Shown here: one piece after another, positions 51,625 through 61,682 of the stretch
How the letters are laid out: each line of letters opens with the position of its first letter
Numbering within the stretch: position 1 is the stretch's first letter
Origin: an uncultured Dehalococcoidales bacterium
GTDB lineage: Bacteria; Chloroflexota; Dehalococcoidia; GIF9; AB-539-J10
Length of the DNA: 63,013 nt
NCBI GenBank assembly: GCA_964435965.1
Contig: CAYTBB010000002.1
Span: 1 to 63,013, forward strand
Direction of reading: 5' to 3'
Position numbers and translations under genes: made by a program
The notes under the pieces: model-generated
Seen by the model: only the letters and a program-made list of their open reading frames with translations
Database searches by the model: none
Told to the model about the DNA's origin: nothing

Positions 51625-52476
51625 TCACGTTTCATCAGCCTCCCCAAGTATGGAGAAACCTTCCGGCAAACCTTTTTCCTCGCCCTCATCTTCGGAATCT
51701 CCAGCCTCTCCTTCAACTCCTTCAACTCCCTCAACTCCTGCAACTTCCTTTATTTCTTCGCCTTCCCAGTAGCTAACGTCGCGCCTAAGGAGATATCCTT
51801 TAGCATAGGAACGCAAACGCTCAGTAGCTTTAACGGGAAAGGAAGGATACCCCACCTGGCTAGGATGTTGATATTCCTCCTTAATAACTACTCGCACTCC
51901 ATCCTCCCCTCCACTGTGGATGGCTGCAGCGTATCTATTCCCGCCTTCTATCAGCCTGATAAGTCGTAACCCATGTTTCGGCTCAACTTCCCCCAAATAT
52001 TCGCCTTGGTCATTCTCTACCACTAAGCTTTGACCCTCTACTCTCAAACAGACCTGATTACCAATACCCATCCTGGCTAATACCTCCGTGGGGGCCAAAT
52101 TACAAAGGTTGACCACACCAGCCTTGCTTATCTCAGTAATAAAGAGTTCAGGAGCAACCCTACGATGCCCCCTATCTAAGGGGGCTTTAGCCACCGGTAA
52201 ACTAGCTAGTCGAGCTAAATTTTTTACCGCAATGACATTGTTAGGAGCAAGTTCCAAAGCCTTGCTATACGCCTCTTTAGCCTGGCCAAACTCCCCTAAC
52301 TCTGCCAAAGCCCTGCCAAGACGATTGTAAGCCCCAACATCACTAGGAAACTTCTCAATTATACTTCTGTTTACTACCACAGCCTCTTCCCACCTACCAT
52401 GAATAGCCAAGGCTGTGGCTTCTTCACTTAATCGCCGTCCTGGTCTAGCTTGTTCTTCTTCTCGCTGATAACTCAT
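51625..52476 (-). CDS. TPR-repeat protein with an acidic, repeat-containing C-terminal tail
   Basis: N-terminal TPR-like AYNRLGRALAELGEFGQAKEAYSKALELAPNN. The C-terminus reads ..AGVEGVEGVEGEAGDSEDEGEE... The start is uncertain (ATG 52476 or TTG 52500). Confidence 0.65.
   Translation of the reverse strand: MSYQREEEQARPGRRLSEEATALAIHGRWEEAVVVNRSIIEKFPSDVGAYNRLGRALAELGEFGQAKEAYSKALELAPNNVIAVKNLARLASLPVAKAPLDRGHRRVAPELFITEISKAGVVNLCNLAPTEVLARMGIGNQVCLRVEGQSLVVENDQGEYLGEVEPKHGLRLIRLIEGGNRYAAAIHSGGEDGVRVVIKEEYQHPSQVGYPSFPVKATERLRSYAKGYLLRRDVSYWEGEEIKEVAGVEGVEGVEGEAGDSEDEGEEKGLPEGFSILGEADET
51708..51743. repeat. 4 tandem copies of a 9-bp in-frame repeat (CTCCTTCAA, CTCCTTCAA, CTCCCTCAA, CTCCTGCAA)
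   Basis: Read directly from the sequence. It encodes the (VEG)n / AGVEGVEGVEGE stretch of the TPR protein on the - strand. Confidence 0.85.
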
Positions 52477-52503
52477 CCCTGAACAAAACAAACAATACAA
52501 AAA

Positions 52504-53730
52504 TTAAGAAAACTTTGCAATTTCAAGCTCAAAGGCTTTATGCAAAGCCTGAATGGCGTCCTTAACTCTATCCTCTGCGATAATGCAGGTTATCCTTATC
52601 TCTGAAGTAGTGATTAGCTGGATATTAATGCTCTGCTCATAAAGGGCACGGAACATCCTGGCAGCATAGCCCGGCATATTTTGCATGCCGGTGCCTACAA
52701 TGCTAACTTTAGCCAATGTAGAATCAGCAACATATCGTTTTGCTCCAATGGATTTTATCACCGGTTCTATAATGGGCACCGCCTTAACCAAATCGCTTCG
52801 TGCCACTGTAAAGGTAAGATCGGTAATATTCTCAATACTGGCGTTCTGGACAATAGTATCTACACTTATATTTGCCCTAGCCAAGGGCTCAAAGATTGCC
52901 GCAGCAATGCCAGGGTGGTCAGGAACACCAATTACAGTAATTTTAGCCACATTGGTATCATGAGCAACACCTCTAACCTTATTTCTTACTTCCATAGATG
53001 CCTCCTTACAAATGAGAGTACCTGGACTATCGCTAAAGCTGGAAGCTACCAATATAGGCATATTATACAACTCACCTAACTCCACTGCCCTTGGGTGGAT
53101 TACTTTTGCTCCATAGCTAGCCAGCTCGAGCATCTCCTCATAGTCAATTTGCTTTAATTTAGTCGCGGTGGGCACAAGGCGTGGGTCGGCGGTATAGACT
53201 CCTTCAACATCAGTGTAAATCTGGCATACCTCAGCATTCAAACTGGCAGCTAGGGCGACTGCCGTAGTATCGGAGCCACCTCGACCCAAAGTGGTAATAT
53301 CCATATCCTGAGTAACACCCTGAAATCCAGCTACAATGACGATATTGCCTTTCTCCAGCTCGGTCACGATTCGCTGGGGGACAACGCGAAGAATTCGCGC
53401 TCGACTGTAGCTGGAATCAGTCTGGATACCTGCCTGGGCACCAGTAAGGCTAACTGCCTTGTAGCCCAAGCTTTCCAGAGCCATGGCCAAAAGAGTGCTG
53501 GAAATTAGCTCACCCGTAGAAAGGAGCACATCAAGCTCTCGCTCATCTGGCTGTTCACTAACCTGTTGAGCCATTCGGATTAACTCGTCAGTGGTATCCC
53601 CCATGGCTGAGACAACAACTACTACTTGATTCCCCTCGTCCTTAGCTTTAGCTATACGCCGAGCCACATTTTTAATCTTTTCACCATCAGCAACGGACCT
53701 TCCACCATACTTTTGCACTATTAAAGCCAT
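52504..53730 (-). CDS. lysC: aspartate kinase (with C-terminal ACT domains)
   Basis: [29 protein letters not shown] and [11 protein letters not shown]. Confidence 0.92.
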   Translation of the reverse strand: MALIVQKYGGRSVADGEKIKNVARRIAKAKDEGNQVVVVVSAMGDTTDELIRMAQQVSEQPDERELDVLLSTGELISSTLLAMALESLGYKAVSLTGAQAGIQTDSSYSRARILRVVPQRIVTELEKGNIVIVAGFQGVTQDMDITTLGRGGSDTTAVALAASLNAEVCQIYTDVEGVYTADPRLVPTATKLKQIDYEEMLELASYGAKVIHPRAVELGELYNMPILVASSFSDSPGTLICKEASMEVRNKVRGVAHDTNVAKITVIGVPDHPGIAAAIFEPLARANISVDTIVQNASIENITDLTFTVARSDLVKAVPIIEPVIKSIGAKRYVADSTLAKVSIVGTGMQNMPGYAARMFRALYEQSINIQLITTSEIRITCIIAEDRVKDAIQALHKAFELEIAKFS

Positions 53731-53738
53731 ATTCTCCC

Positions 53739-54923
53739 CTACCTTATTAGTTTAGCCATTATATTATACCCCTCCCCAATAAAAACGCCGGTTCTTTTAG
53801 CTTCAGCCTCGCTAAATCCCTCCGCCCCGTTAGCCATAAACCCCGACCCCCACAGCATAAATGGAACCGGCTCCCCAATATGAGTCTGAACCTTAATTGG
53901 CGTTGGATGGTCAGGCATAGTTAGCACCCGAAGAGAATCTTTGTCCCAACCACGGATCCGGCTCACAATTTCTAAATCTATCCTCTGGATAGCATCTATT
54001 TTATCCTCAATAGAGCCAGCATGAGCAGCCTCATCAGGTGCTTCCACATGGACAACTACGAAATCATGTTCTTTTAGCGCTTCCAGGGCTCCTACTGCCT
54101 GAGCAGTACAGTCATTGCCCAGATCACCAGTCACGCCGGGAATACTTAATATCTTCATTCCCATCATTTTAGCCAAGCCCCGTAAAAGGTCAACTCCTGA
54201 TGTCATCGCAGCATCAAGCCCCCAGACCTGCTTGAAAGCGGGCATATCAGGTATTCTACCACTACTCCAGAAAAGCCAAATCATTGTGGCGGGGATATCA
54301 CCGCGAGATTCCCGCGCCACATTTACCGGGTGATTGCGCAGCACGCCTTCTGACCTTGCCATGAGGTCTCTTAATAAATCACTCCCAGGGCCACGGGGAA
54401 GAAACTCATTGATAGCTTTGCCCGGGATATCATGCGGAGGGGTCCAAGTAGCCAAGAGTGTGTCCTCTCGCCCTTTTATTTTACATATGTTTCTATAGCT
54501 GACGCCAGGATAAAATTGGACCTCATCACTGCCAAGTTTCTCATTTAAAGCAGCGATGAGAACCTTAGCCTCTTCACTCTTGATGAAGCCCGAGCTATAG
54601 CTTCGCATCTTTCCATCCCGAACAGCTACCAAGTTACAGCGAAAAACAACCTCACCCTCACCAATAGAAATGTCCATACTCTTGGCTTCAATGGCGCTTC
54701 GGCCCCGATAATAGACCCTGGGGTCATAGCCTAGCGCTGACATGCAGGCGCAGGCGCTGCTGGGCTCCATCCCTTCTGGGATGGTCCGAACAAGTCCGAC
54801 AATACCTTCCCTTGCCATAGCATCCAGGTTTGGAGTGTATGCCAGTTCAAGGCAAGTCCTGCCACCATGGTCAAGCAATGGCCAACCCGCGGCACCATCC
54901 ATTATCAAAATACAGTATTTCAT
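53739..54923 (-). CDS. cofactor-independent phosphoglycerate mutase-like protein (ApgM family; the subgroup proposed as a non-orthologous homoserine kinase)
   Basis: [15 protein letters not shown]..., PDHPTP, and metalloenzyme-superfamily [12 protein letters not shown]. It sits between lysC and asd. Confidence 0.7.
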   Translation of the reverse strand: MKYCILIMDGAAGWPLLDHGGRTCLELAYTPNLDAMAREGIVGLVRTIPEGMEPSSACACMSALGYDPRVYYRGRSAIEAKSMDISIGEGEVVFRCNLVAVRDGKMRSYSSGFIKSEEAKVLIAALNEKLGSDEVQFYPGVSYRNICKIKGREDTLLATWTPPHDIPGKAINEFLPRGPGSDLLRDLMARSEGVLRNHPVNVARESRGDIPATMIWLFWSSGRIPDMPAFKQVWGLDAAMTSGVDLLRGLAKMMGMKILSIPGVTGDLGNDCTAQAVGALEALKEHDFVVVHVEAPDEAAHAGSIEDKIDAIQRIDLEIVSRIRGWDKDSLRVLTMPDHPTPIKVQTHIGEPVPFMLWGSGFMANGAEGFSEAEAKRTGVFIGEGYNIMAKLIR

Positions 54924-55010
54924 CCAAGAATTCAGCCACCCAATGTCACCCTGAGCGAAGCCGAAGTGCTCCCTCAGAATGACACCAGAGTGAACGGTTA
55001 CTATTTCATC

Positions 55011-55039
55011 TTGTTTTGATAATTAAAGCATCTTATAAT
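55011..55039 (+). promoter_or_regulatory. candidate promoter for tRNA-Pro
   Basis: TTGTTT (55011-55016), a 17-nt spacer, then a perfect TATAAT (55034-55039). The tRNA starts 13 nt downstream. Confidence 0.45.
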
Positions 55040-55051
55040 AGCATAAACAAG

Positions 55052-55128
55052 CGGGGCGTAGCGCAGTGTGGTAGCGCGCAGCGTTCGGGACGCTGAGGTC
55101 GGAGGTTCAAGTCCTCTCGCCCCGACCA
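55052..55128 (+). tRNA. tRNA-Pro (anticodon CGG), CCA encoded
   Basis: Hand fold. Acceptor CGGGGCG/CGCCCCG, D arm GCGC/GCGC, anticodon arm CAGCG-TTCGGGA-CGCTG, variable AGGTC, T arm GGAGG-TTCAAGT-CCTCT, then ACCA. Confidence 0.9.
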
Positions 55129-55146
55129 AGAGAACGGAGAGAAACT

Positions 55147-56226
55147 ATGCTAAAAGCTGTAATTGTGGGAGCCACGGGCATCGTCGGTCAGCAATTTCTC
55201 GTTGCCCTGAAAAACCACCCCTGGATTGAAATTGCCGCCCTTGCCGCCTCCGAGAGGTCAGCCGGCCACAGCTATAAGGAAGCTATAACCGAGGCTCAAT
55301 CCGGAGCCCTGCGCTGGTTTTGCCAGGAGCCTCCGGTAGAAGAAGTTATGGCAATGCCGGTGCAGAATGCCACCGAAATGGATATCTCCGCTATAGACAT
55401 CGTCTTCTCCGCTATAGAATCCGCCCCGGCGAAGGTCCTCGAACCGAAGTTTGCTAGCGACAAACCGGTTATAAGCACCGCTTCAGCCTTCCGCTATGAT
55501 GACGATGTGCCCATCCTGATCCCGGGCATCAATTCTGGACATACCAAACTGCTTGATATTCAAAGGAAGTCGCGGGGATGGAAGGGCTTCATTACACCCA
55601 TTCCCAACTGCACCACCACTGGCTTGGCAATATCACTAAAACCAATCTACCAGACCTTTGGTCTAAACGCTGTCGTAATGACTTCGCTGCAAGCTATATC
55701 AGGCGCAGGTCGAAGCCCTGGAGTGTTAGGCCTCGATATCCTGGACAATGTCATTCCCTTCATTCCAGGAGAAGAAGAAAAAGTGCAGCGCGAAACACAG
55801 AAAATCCTGGGCAATTTTGCCGGCACTTCAATCAGTCCGGCGAGATTTAACCTGAGCTGCACCTGTACCCGTGTTAACGTGCGGGAAGGGCATACGGAAT
55901 CGGTCTTCGCCTCTACCCAAAAAGCTTGTGACGTAAGCGATGTTGCCACGGCAATGAGGGAATTCGTCGGCTCGGCCGGTGAAGTCGACCTGCCTTCGGC
56001 CCCGAAGCACATGATAATCGTGCTCAATGACCCCTTCAGGCCTCAGCCACGGCTTGACCGTGATGCCGAAGGCGGCATGGCCACCGTGGTCGGCAGAATC
56101 AGGAAGGACACTGTCCTGGAAAATGGCATCAAGTATATCCTAGTGTCCCACAACACCAAGATGGGAGCTGCTAAAGGCGCAGTCCTTGTAGCTGAACTCC
56201 TTATCCGGGACGGATATATCTCTTAG
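55147..56226 (+). CDS. asd: aspartate-semialdehyde dehydrogenase (archaeal-like type)
   Basis: [13 protein letters not shown], active-site [15 protein letters not shown] and SHNTKMGAA. Confidence 0.88.
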   Translation: MLKAVIVGATGIVGQQFLVALKNHPWIEIAALAASERSAGHSYKEAITEAQSGALRWFCQEPPVEEVMAMPVQNATEMDISAIDIVFSAIESAPAKVLEPKFASDKPVISTASAFRYDDDVPILIPGINSGHTKLLDIQRKSRGWKGFITPIPNCTTTGLAISLKPIYQTFGLNAVVMTSLQAISGAGRSPGVLGLDILDNVIPFIPGEEEKVQRETQKILGNFAGTSISPARFNLSCTCTRVNVREGHTESVFASTQKACDVSDVATAMREFVGSAGEVDLPSAPKHMIIVLNDPFRPQPRLDRDAEGGMATVVGRIRKDTVLENGIKYILVSHNTKMGAAKGAVLVAELLIRDGYIS

Positions 56227-56416
56227 ACGCTACCTCACCCCTCTACAAATTTGATATATCCTCCTTCCAATAAGCGCAAACTTCATGGTAGAATAGTGAC
56301 GGCTCTCAATCAGCATCCGTAAGATGCAGCATAGCTGCAGAGATTACAACAAACAGCAATGCGCCATTGCGGAAAGAGTATTTCAGGAGGATTTCCAGGT
56401 GAAGGGAAAACGTGAT

Positions 56417-56830
56417 ATGCCAAAGAGTAAAATTTGGAGAGGAAAACGAGGTGCACTGGTATTGGTGGCTTTGATATTAGCTACCATAGTGGTGCTATTA
56501 CCGGGGTGTGGGCAACATACATATACCCAAACCATCAAAATTGCCGTTGAACCTGTAGACGGTAGTGGCCTTCTGGTAAGAATCGAGTGCTACCGTGATA
56601 GCGAAGTGGTGAATTCTATACGTTTTGTTGATGGGAATGGTGATAGCATTATTGATGGAAAATCAGGTCCTAAAGAGGAAGGCCACTGGCCCAAGGGTTG
56701 GGAATGGTTTGATGCTCTACATAATGATGTCATCATAGGAGCCTCCACGATAGAAGTAGTGGGCGAGAAAATAAAAATCCAGGATAGCACCACCTATGAG
56801 TTTCTGCCAGGTGAGTATGAGTGCGGATGA
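56417..56830 (+). CDS. small predicted lipoprotein, function unknown
   Basis: Signal peptide plus lipobox: ..LVLVALILATIVVLLPGC. The start was set at ATG 56417. A TGgTAGAAT extended -10-like box lies upstream near 56340. Confidence 0.55.
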   Translation: MPKSKIWRGKRGALVLVALILATIVVLLPGCGQHTYTQTIKIAVEPVDGSGLLVRIECYRDSEVVNSIRFVDGNGDSIIDGKSGPKEEGHWPKGWEWFDALHNDVIIGASTIEVVGEKIKIQDSTTYEFLPGEYECG

Positions 56831-56880
56831 GGTGGATGAAACAATTGAGCCTTCCGCCCGTGGTGCAGCCTAACAGAACA

Positions 56881-56930
56881 CAGCGTTCAAGACACTGAGG
56901 ACGAAGGTTCAAATCCCCCCACCCCGGTCT
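56881..56930 (+). repeat. tRNA-Pro 3'-fragment copy F1 (anticodon stem to acceptor 3' side)
   Basis: cagcgttcaagacactgaggacgaaggttcaaatccccccaccccggtct. Gapless alignment to tRNA-Pro 55079-55128, 38 of 50 identical by hand count. No 5' half is present. Confidence 0.8.
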
Positions 56931-56978
56931 AATAAGGAAGTGGGGCACGATTGGTCTACTTCCGCATTCCCTGGGTAT

Positions 56979-58193
56979 TTATTCTAACGGCAGGTCATAA
57001 ATGCGCCAGGTCTTGTAGCGCTGCGCCCCCATGAACTCCGAAGGGCGCAGAATCATGTTGTTATTCTCCAAGAGCATGGAGGCCTCACATTTGCGGTAGC
57101 CCCGCTGGATTGCGTATTCCTTGACCTCGTCGAAGAGGAGAGCATCAATCCCCAGGCGGCGGAAGCCGGGACGAATCCCGAAGAACATTAACCGGGCACA
57201 GGGAATGCGCCGTCGCATCCAGAGTAGCCTGGCCACACGCACCAGGTCCGAGTCACCATACCAGCGCCAGCGCGGTCGCAGGGCATAATAGGGGTCAGGG
57301 AAAACCCCCAGGACAGCAGCCGGCTCACCCCGGAGGAAAGCAAAGCGGATCAGTCCCGGGTCCACGATCAGGCGTAGGGAAGCCGCTAAGGTCGCCGCTT
57401 CCTCATCGGTGATGGGCAGAAACCCCCAGTTCTGAGCCCGGGCCTCGTTATAGATCTTCACTATCAGATGTACCTCAGCAAGCAATTCTTTGAGGACCAG
57501 TGGCCGGGTTTCGATCCCCCGGCGCAGCCGCACCTGTTTTGCCAGCCTCTTCAGTCGGGGAGGAGCAGGGGTTTGTATATCCAGTGTGTAGGCGTAGTAA
57601 TCCTTAGCCTTATGGAAACCATAGCGCTCCAGGAATTCGCCGTAGTAAGGGGGATTGTGTGTCAACTCCATCGTTGGGGGGTATTGAAATCCGTCTACCA
57701 GGATGCCCTGGCGTTCATGGGTGGCGTTGGAGTACTCCCCGGGGCCGCGCAGGATCGCCATCCGGCGGTCTTTTACCCACTCCCGTGCCCGGTCTAGCAG
57801 GGCCTTGGCGACTTCGTAGTCCTCGATAACTTCCCAAAAACCGAAGAAGCCGAAGCGAACGCCATAGTAGTTGTTGAAGCGGTGGTTGATGGCTGCCGAG
57901 ATCCGACCTACTGGCTGCTCCCCACGCCAGGCTAGAAAATGGGTAACCTCCGCGTGGCGATGGTAGGGATGCTCCCGGGTCAGCAGGCCAACCAGGCCAA
58001 GGAGGTGATTGCCGAGCAGGTCGCCTCGCAGAGGTGGGGTCCAGCAAGGGTCACTTCGATAGAGACGCCAGGGGAAGTCGGCAAAGACCTTCATCCGGGA
58101 GGCTCCTAGGGGGATCTCCTCGATCTTCAGGGGCACTTGAGCTACGGCAGACCTCCGCATAGGACGAGTCCCGCATATTATACCAGACGCCAC
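56979..58193 (-). CDS. GNAT-like two-domain N-acyltransferase-family protein (copy 1), specific function unknown
   Basis: The C-terminal part has a GNAT-like core (FGIRPGFRRLGIDALLFDEV..AIQRGYRKCEASMLLENNNMI). The gene is visibly more GC-rich than its neighbours. Confidence 0.5.
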   Translation of the reverse strand: MASGIICGTRPMRRSAVAQVPLKIEEIPLGASRMKVFADFPWRLYRSDPCWTPPLRGDLLGNHLLGLVGLLTREHPYHRHAEVTHFLAWRGEQPVGRISAAINHRFNNYYGVRFGFFGFWEVIEDYEVAKALLDRAREWVKDRRMAILRGPGEYSNATHERQGILVDGFQYPPTMELTHNPPYYGEFLERYGFHKAKDYYAYTLDIQTPAPPRLKRLAKQVRLRRGIETRPLVLKELLAEVHLIVKIYNEARAQNWGFLPITDEEAATLAASLRLIVDPGLIRFAFLRGEPAAVLGVFPDPYYALRPRWRWYGDSDLVRVARLLWMRRRIPCARLMFFGIRPGFRRLGIDALLFDEVKEYAIQRGYRKCEASMLLENNNMILRPSEFMGAQRYKTWRIYDLPLE

Positions 58194-58323
58194 AAGCCCA
58201 AATATCTACTCATGCTTAAATAAACTCTGGATTGTAGAGCCAGGTCGCCTCCGTATCCACGAAGAGACAGGCCGCGAGTAATCCCTCGTAGGGCGTGAAA
58301 AACAGCCAGAATTTGCAACAGTA

Positions 58324-58373
58324 CAGCCTTCCGGACGTTGAGGGCAGAGGTTCAAATCCTCTCGCCCCGGCTA
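58324..58373 (+). repeat. tRNA-Pro 3'-fragment copy F2
   Basis: cagccttccggacgttgagggcagaggttcaaatcctctcgccccggcta. 42 of 50 identical to tRNA-Pro by hand count. The T arm AGAGG/CCTCT is intact and the acceptor 3' strand CGCCCCG is identical. Confidence 0.8.
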
Positions 58374-58421
58374 CCTTTGAGCATTGCTTTTGGAATAATC
58401 TAGGACTTGACTACCCAGTTG

Positions 58422-59075
58422 CTACCTAACAACTTCACAGACCTCTTCAAACGGTCGGAGTTCCTTGGGAGCTGGACTTTCAGCCGGATAACCAACGGGT
58501 ATGAACGCGACGAAATCCATCTCAGGAGGCACACGGAGAACTTTTTCTATTTCTCTCTTGGCCTGTATGGGGCCTGTCATCCATATTGCTCCCAAACCCA
58601 TCTGGTGCAAAATCAAGAGCAAATAGGCAATAGATGAAGCTACAGATTGGATGCGGGTGTTAGATATGTCACGCCACTCACGTATCTGGCCTGCCTCGGG
58701 GTCAATTTTCTCCCGGGCAGCTAAAATCTGATCCACCTCTGACTGATACCGCCCCGCCGCCACCGCAATAGCTGCCGGCGCATTGCGGAAAAAACTCGCC
58801 TTCACTCGCATTCTGGCAGCAACATCCCGGAACTTACCGGCTTCTGGCCAGGAGGCTATTTGCTCAGCCCTGGCCTGAACCGCATCGCTGATGGCAGTGA
58901 TAATGTCATGATTAACAATAACATAAAAGTGCCAGTTTTGCTTATTGCCCCCGCTAGGTGCCCATGTCGCCAGCTTGACAGCCTGTGTCAACAACTCTTC
59001 GGGGACTCCCTTCTCTTCCCAGCGGCGGATAGAACGCCGGCCTCTGATGAGCTTTTCCAGATCCACAAATTCCAT
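58422..59075 (-). CDS. nitroreductase-family protein
   Basis: MEFVDLEKLIRGRRSIRRWEEKGVP.., APSGGNKQNW and ..IPVGYPAE. The start was trimmed to ATG 59075. Confidence 0.8.
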   Translation of the reverse strand: MEFVDLEKLIRGRRSIRRWEEKGVPEELLTQAVKLATWAPSGGNKQNWHFYVIVNHDIITAISDAVQARAEQIASWPEAGKFRDVAARMRVKASFFRNAPAAIAVAAGRYQSEVDQILAAREKIDPEAGQIREWRDISNTRIQSVASSIAYLLLILHQMGLGAIWMTGPIQAKREIEKVLRVPPEMDFVAFIPVGYPAESPAPKELRPFEEVCEVVR

Positions 59076-59148
59076 CGGTATACCCTCCTTCTTTAATCTT
59101 TGGTAGCCATTGTAGCAAACGCCGTTATTGAACCACAAATCGCCTAGA

Positions 59149-59274
59149 TTAACCAACTGCCTTTCTCCTCTGCCTCTTGATGGTCAGCACTATGCTGCCG
59201 ACTGCTCCCACCAGAAAAACAGGCGGGCAAAGGAAAACAGCAATGCAGAAGGATGCCACACTAAGGGCTTCCAT
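59149..59274 (-). CDS. 41-aa single-TM micro-ORF
   Basis: Hand translation gives MEALSVASFCIAVFLCPPVFLVGAVGSIVLTIKRQRRKAVG. It has a hydrophobic core and a basic tail. It sits between the 104-aa membrane ORF and the nitroreductase. Confidence 0.3.
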   Translation of the reverse strand: MEALSVASFCIAVFLCPPVFLVGAVGSIVLTIKRQRRKAVG

Positions 59275-59282
59275 CAAACGGC

Positions 59283-59597
59283 TTAATACAGCGACGTGAT
59301 TGGTAATTTTATGCCCAAAGCATGAAAGGCGTTGTGCAAGAAGACAAAGAGTCTTTCAATTGATGCTCCCAGTAGGATTAGAAACTTCTTCAACTCTTGC
59401 CGGGTGAGCGTCAATGCAATGACTGGAACGGCAGCCGCCAGGCAGCATAGAACTATGCCTAGAATATTATCACTAACTCCAACGAGAATAGCAGCTATCA
59501 CCAGCGCACAGAATATCGCCGCCGGAATGAGTGTTGTTTTTCGATTTCTTTTTAGTGCCCAGAACTGCCCCTGGAAAAATCTTTTCAGTATATTCAC
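59283..59597 (-). CDS. small membrane protein, function unknown
   Basis: 104 aa with two clear hydrophobic helices. Its GTG start overlaps the TGA of an upstream small ORF (GTGA). Confidence 0.45.
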   Translation of the reverse strand: MNILKRFFQGQFWALKRNRKTTLIPAAIFCALVIAAILVGVSDNILGIVLCCLAAAVPVIALTLTRQELKKFLILLGASIERLFVFLHNAFHALGIKLPITSLY

Positions 59598-60239
59598 TTC
59601 CGAAGAACAATTCTAGCACCTGGAATAGCTATTACCAAAGCTGCAACAATGAATATCCACCCAGTCCACATCAGCAAACAGCCAGTAGCAGGCCCAGGCC
59701 TACACCAAAGAGAAACTTACCGGTGATATGCATACTAAAGTAGGGGGTCGGTACCTGTCTAACCTTTTCCACCTTAGCACTAAACCAACTCATCGTTCAC
59801 CTCCTCTTTTTGATGGCCTAGCAGTCATACTGGTAATCGGAGTCAATGAATCTTGATACCACAGCCATTTTTGCTTCTCCCCTTGTCATTGCGAGGCCTG
59901 TCCCGAGCGAAGCGAGGGAACTCGACGAAGCAATCTCAAGAAATCCCCGTCAATCGTAGTGCGACCCTTCAGGCCTTGCTTCTCTCCATTGCCACGGAAA
60001 TTACCAGGACGATAAAATAGAGCGTTGTTGGAATAGCTTAGGACTGTATCACAACCAGCCATCAGAACAAGCCAAACGATCAGACTTTCCAAATTCAAGC
60101 CATTATTATTGCCTAAAATACCGCATGAGCCCACGGTTGCAAAGCTTGCACTAAAGACGATATCCCCTGAAAACAGATAGTTGGAATGAGCGACATTCTT
60201 ATCCGTGAGTATTTTGGCGTAGATTTGGAGGAAGGGGCA

Positions 60240-60289
60240 CAGCGTTCAAGACACTGAGGACGAAGGTTCAAATCCCCCCACCCCGGTCT
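60240..60289 (+). repeat. tRNA-Pro 3'-fragment copy F3 (identical to F1, part of duplication copy B)
   Basis: Same 50-mer as 56881-56930. Confidence 0.8.
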
Positions 60290-60337
60290 AATAAGGAAGT
60301 GGGGCACGATTGGTCTACTTCCGCATTCCCTGGGTAT

Positions 60338-61552
60338 TTATTCTAACGGCAGGTCATAAATGCGCCAGGTCTTGTAGCGCTGCGCCCCCATGAACTCCGA
60401 AGGGCGCAGAATCATGTTGTTATTCTCCAAGAGCATGGAGGCCTCACATTTGCGGTAGCCCCGCTGGATTGCGTATTCCTTGACCTCGTCGAAGAGGAGA
60501 GCATCAATCCCCAGGCGGCGGAAGCCGGGACGAATCCCGAAGAACATTAACCGGGCACAGGGAATGCGCCGTCGCATCCAGAGTAGCCTGGCCACACGCA
60601 CCAGGTCCGAGTCACCATACCAGCGCCAGCGCGGTCGCAGGGCATAATAGGGGTCAGGGAAAACCCCCAGGACAGCAGCCGGCTCACCCCGGAGGAAAGC
60701 AAAGCGGATCAGTCCCGGGTCCACGATCAGGCGTAGGGAAGCCGCTAAGGTCGCCGCTTCCTCATCGGTGATGGGCAGAAACCCCCAGTTCTGAGCCCGG
60801 GCCTCGTTATAGATCTTCACTATCAGATGTACCTCAGCAAGCAATTCTTTGAGGACCAGTGGCCGGGTTTCGATCCCCCGGCGCAGCCGCACCTGTTTTG
60901 CCAGCCTCTTCAGTCGGGGAGGAGCAGGGGTTTGTATATCCAGTGTGTAGGCGTAGTAATCCTTAGCCTTATGGAAACCATAGCGCTCCAGGAATTCGCC
61001 GTAGTAAGGGGGATTGTGTGTCAACTCCATCGTTGGGGGGTATTGAAATCCGTCTACCAGGATGCCCTGGCGTTCATGGGTGGCGTTGGAGTACTCCCCG
61101 GGGCCGCGCAGGATCGCCATCCGGCGGTCTTTTACCCACTCCCGTGCCCGGTCTAGCAGGGCCTTGGCGACTTCGTAGTCCTCGATAACTTCCCAAAAAC
61201 CGAAGAAGCCGAAGCGAACGCCATAGTAGTTGTTGAAGCGGTGGTTGATGGCTGCCGAGATCCGACCTACTGGCTGCTCCCCACGCCAGGCTAGAAAATG
61301 GGTAACCTCCGCGTGGCGATGGTAGGGATGCTCCCGGGTCAGCAGGCCAACCAGGCCAAGGAGGTGATTGCCGAGCAGGTCGCCTCGCAGAGGTGGGGTC
61401 CAGCAAGGGTCACTTCGATAGAGACGCCAGGGGAAGTCGGCAAAGACCTTCATCCGGGAGGCTCCTAGGGGGATCTCCTCGATCTTCAGGGGCACTTGAG
61501 CTACGGCAGACCTCCGCATAGGACGAGTCCCGCATATTATACCAGACGCCAC
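60338..61552 (-). CDS. GNAT-like two-domain N-acyltransferase-family protein (copy 2, identical protein)
   Basis: The 404-aa translation is identical to 56979-58193. Confidence 0.5.
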   Translation of the reverse strand: MASGIICGTRPMRRSAVAQVPLKIEEIPLGASRMKVFADFPWRLYRSDPCWTPPLRGDLLGNHLLGLVGLLTREHPYHRHAEVTHFLAWRGEQPVGRISAAINHRFNNYYGVRFGFFGFWEVIEDYEVAKALLDRAREWVKDRRMAILRGPGEYSNATHERQGILVDGFQYPPTMELTHNPPYYGEFLERYGFHKAKDYYAYTLDIQTPAPPRLKRLAKQVRLRRGIETRPLVLKELLAEVHLIVKIYNEARAQNWGFLPITDEEAATLAASLRLIVDPGLIRFAFLRGEPAAVLGVFPDPYYALRPRWRWYGDSDLVRVARLLWMRRRIPCARLMFFGIRPGFRRLGIDALLFDEVKEYAIQRGYRKCEASMLLENNNMILRPSEFMGAQRYKTWRIYDLPLE

Positions 61553-61682
61553 AAGCCCAAATATCTACTCATGCTTAAATAAACTCTGGATTGTAGAGCC
61601 AGGTCGCCTCCGTATCCACGAAGAGACAGGCCGCGAGTAATCCCTCGTAGGGAGTGAAAAACAGCCAGAATTTGCAACAGTA

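Larger units (their letters stand above)
56879..58325. repeat. 1447-bp duplication, copy A
   Basis: Matches 60238-61684 at a constant offset of 3359. The 404-aa ORFs are identical, and the flanks I compared are identical except one substitution (58294 C versus 61653 A). Confidence 0.9.

Noticed and set aside
59886-60134. 82-aa - strand ORF in the spacer before duplication copy B.
   Set aside because: Its C-terminal third is the translation of REP-like palindromic elements (..LRRVPSLRSGQASQ). It has no RBS and no motif.
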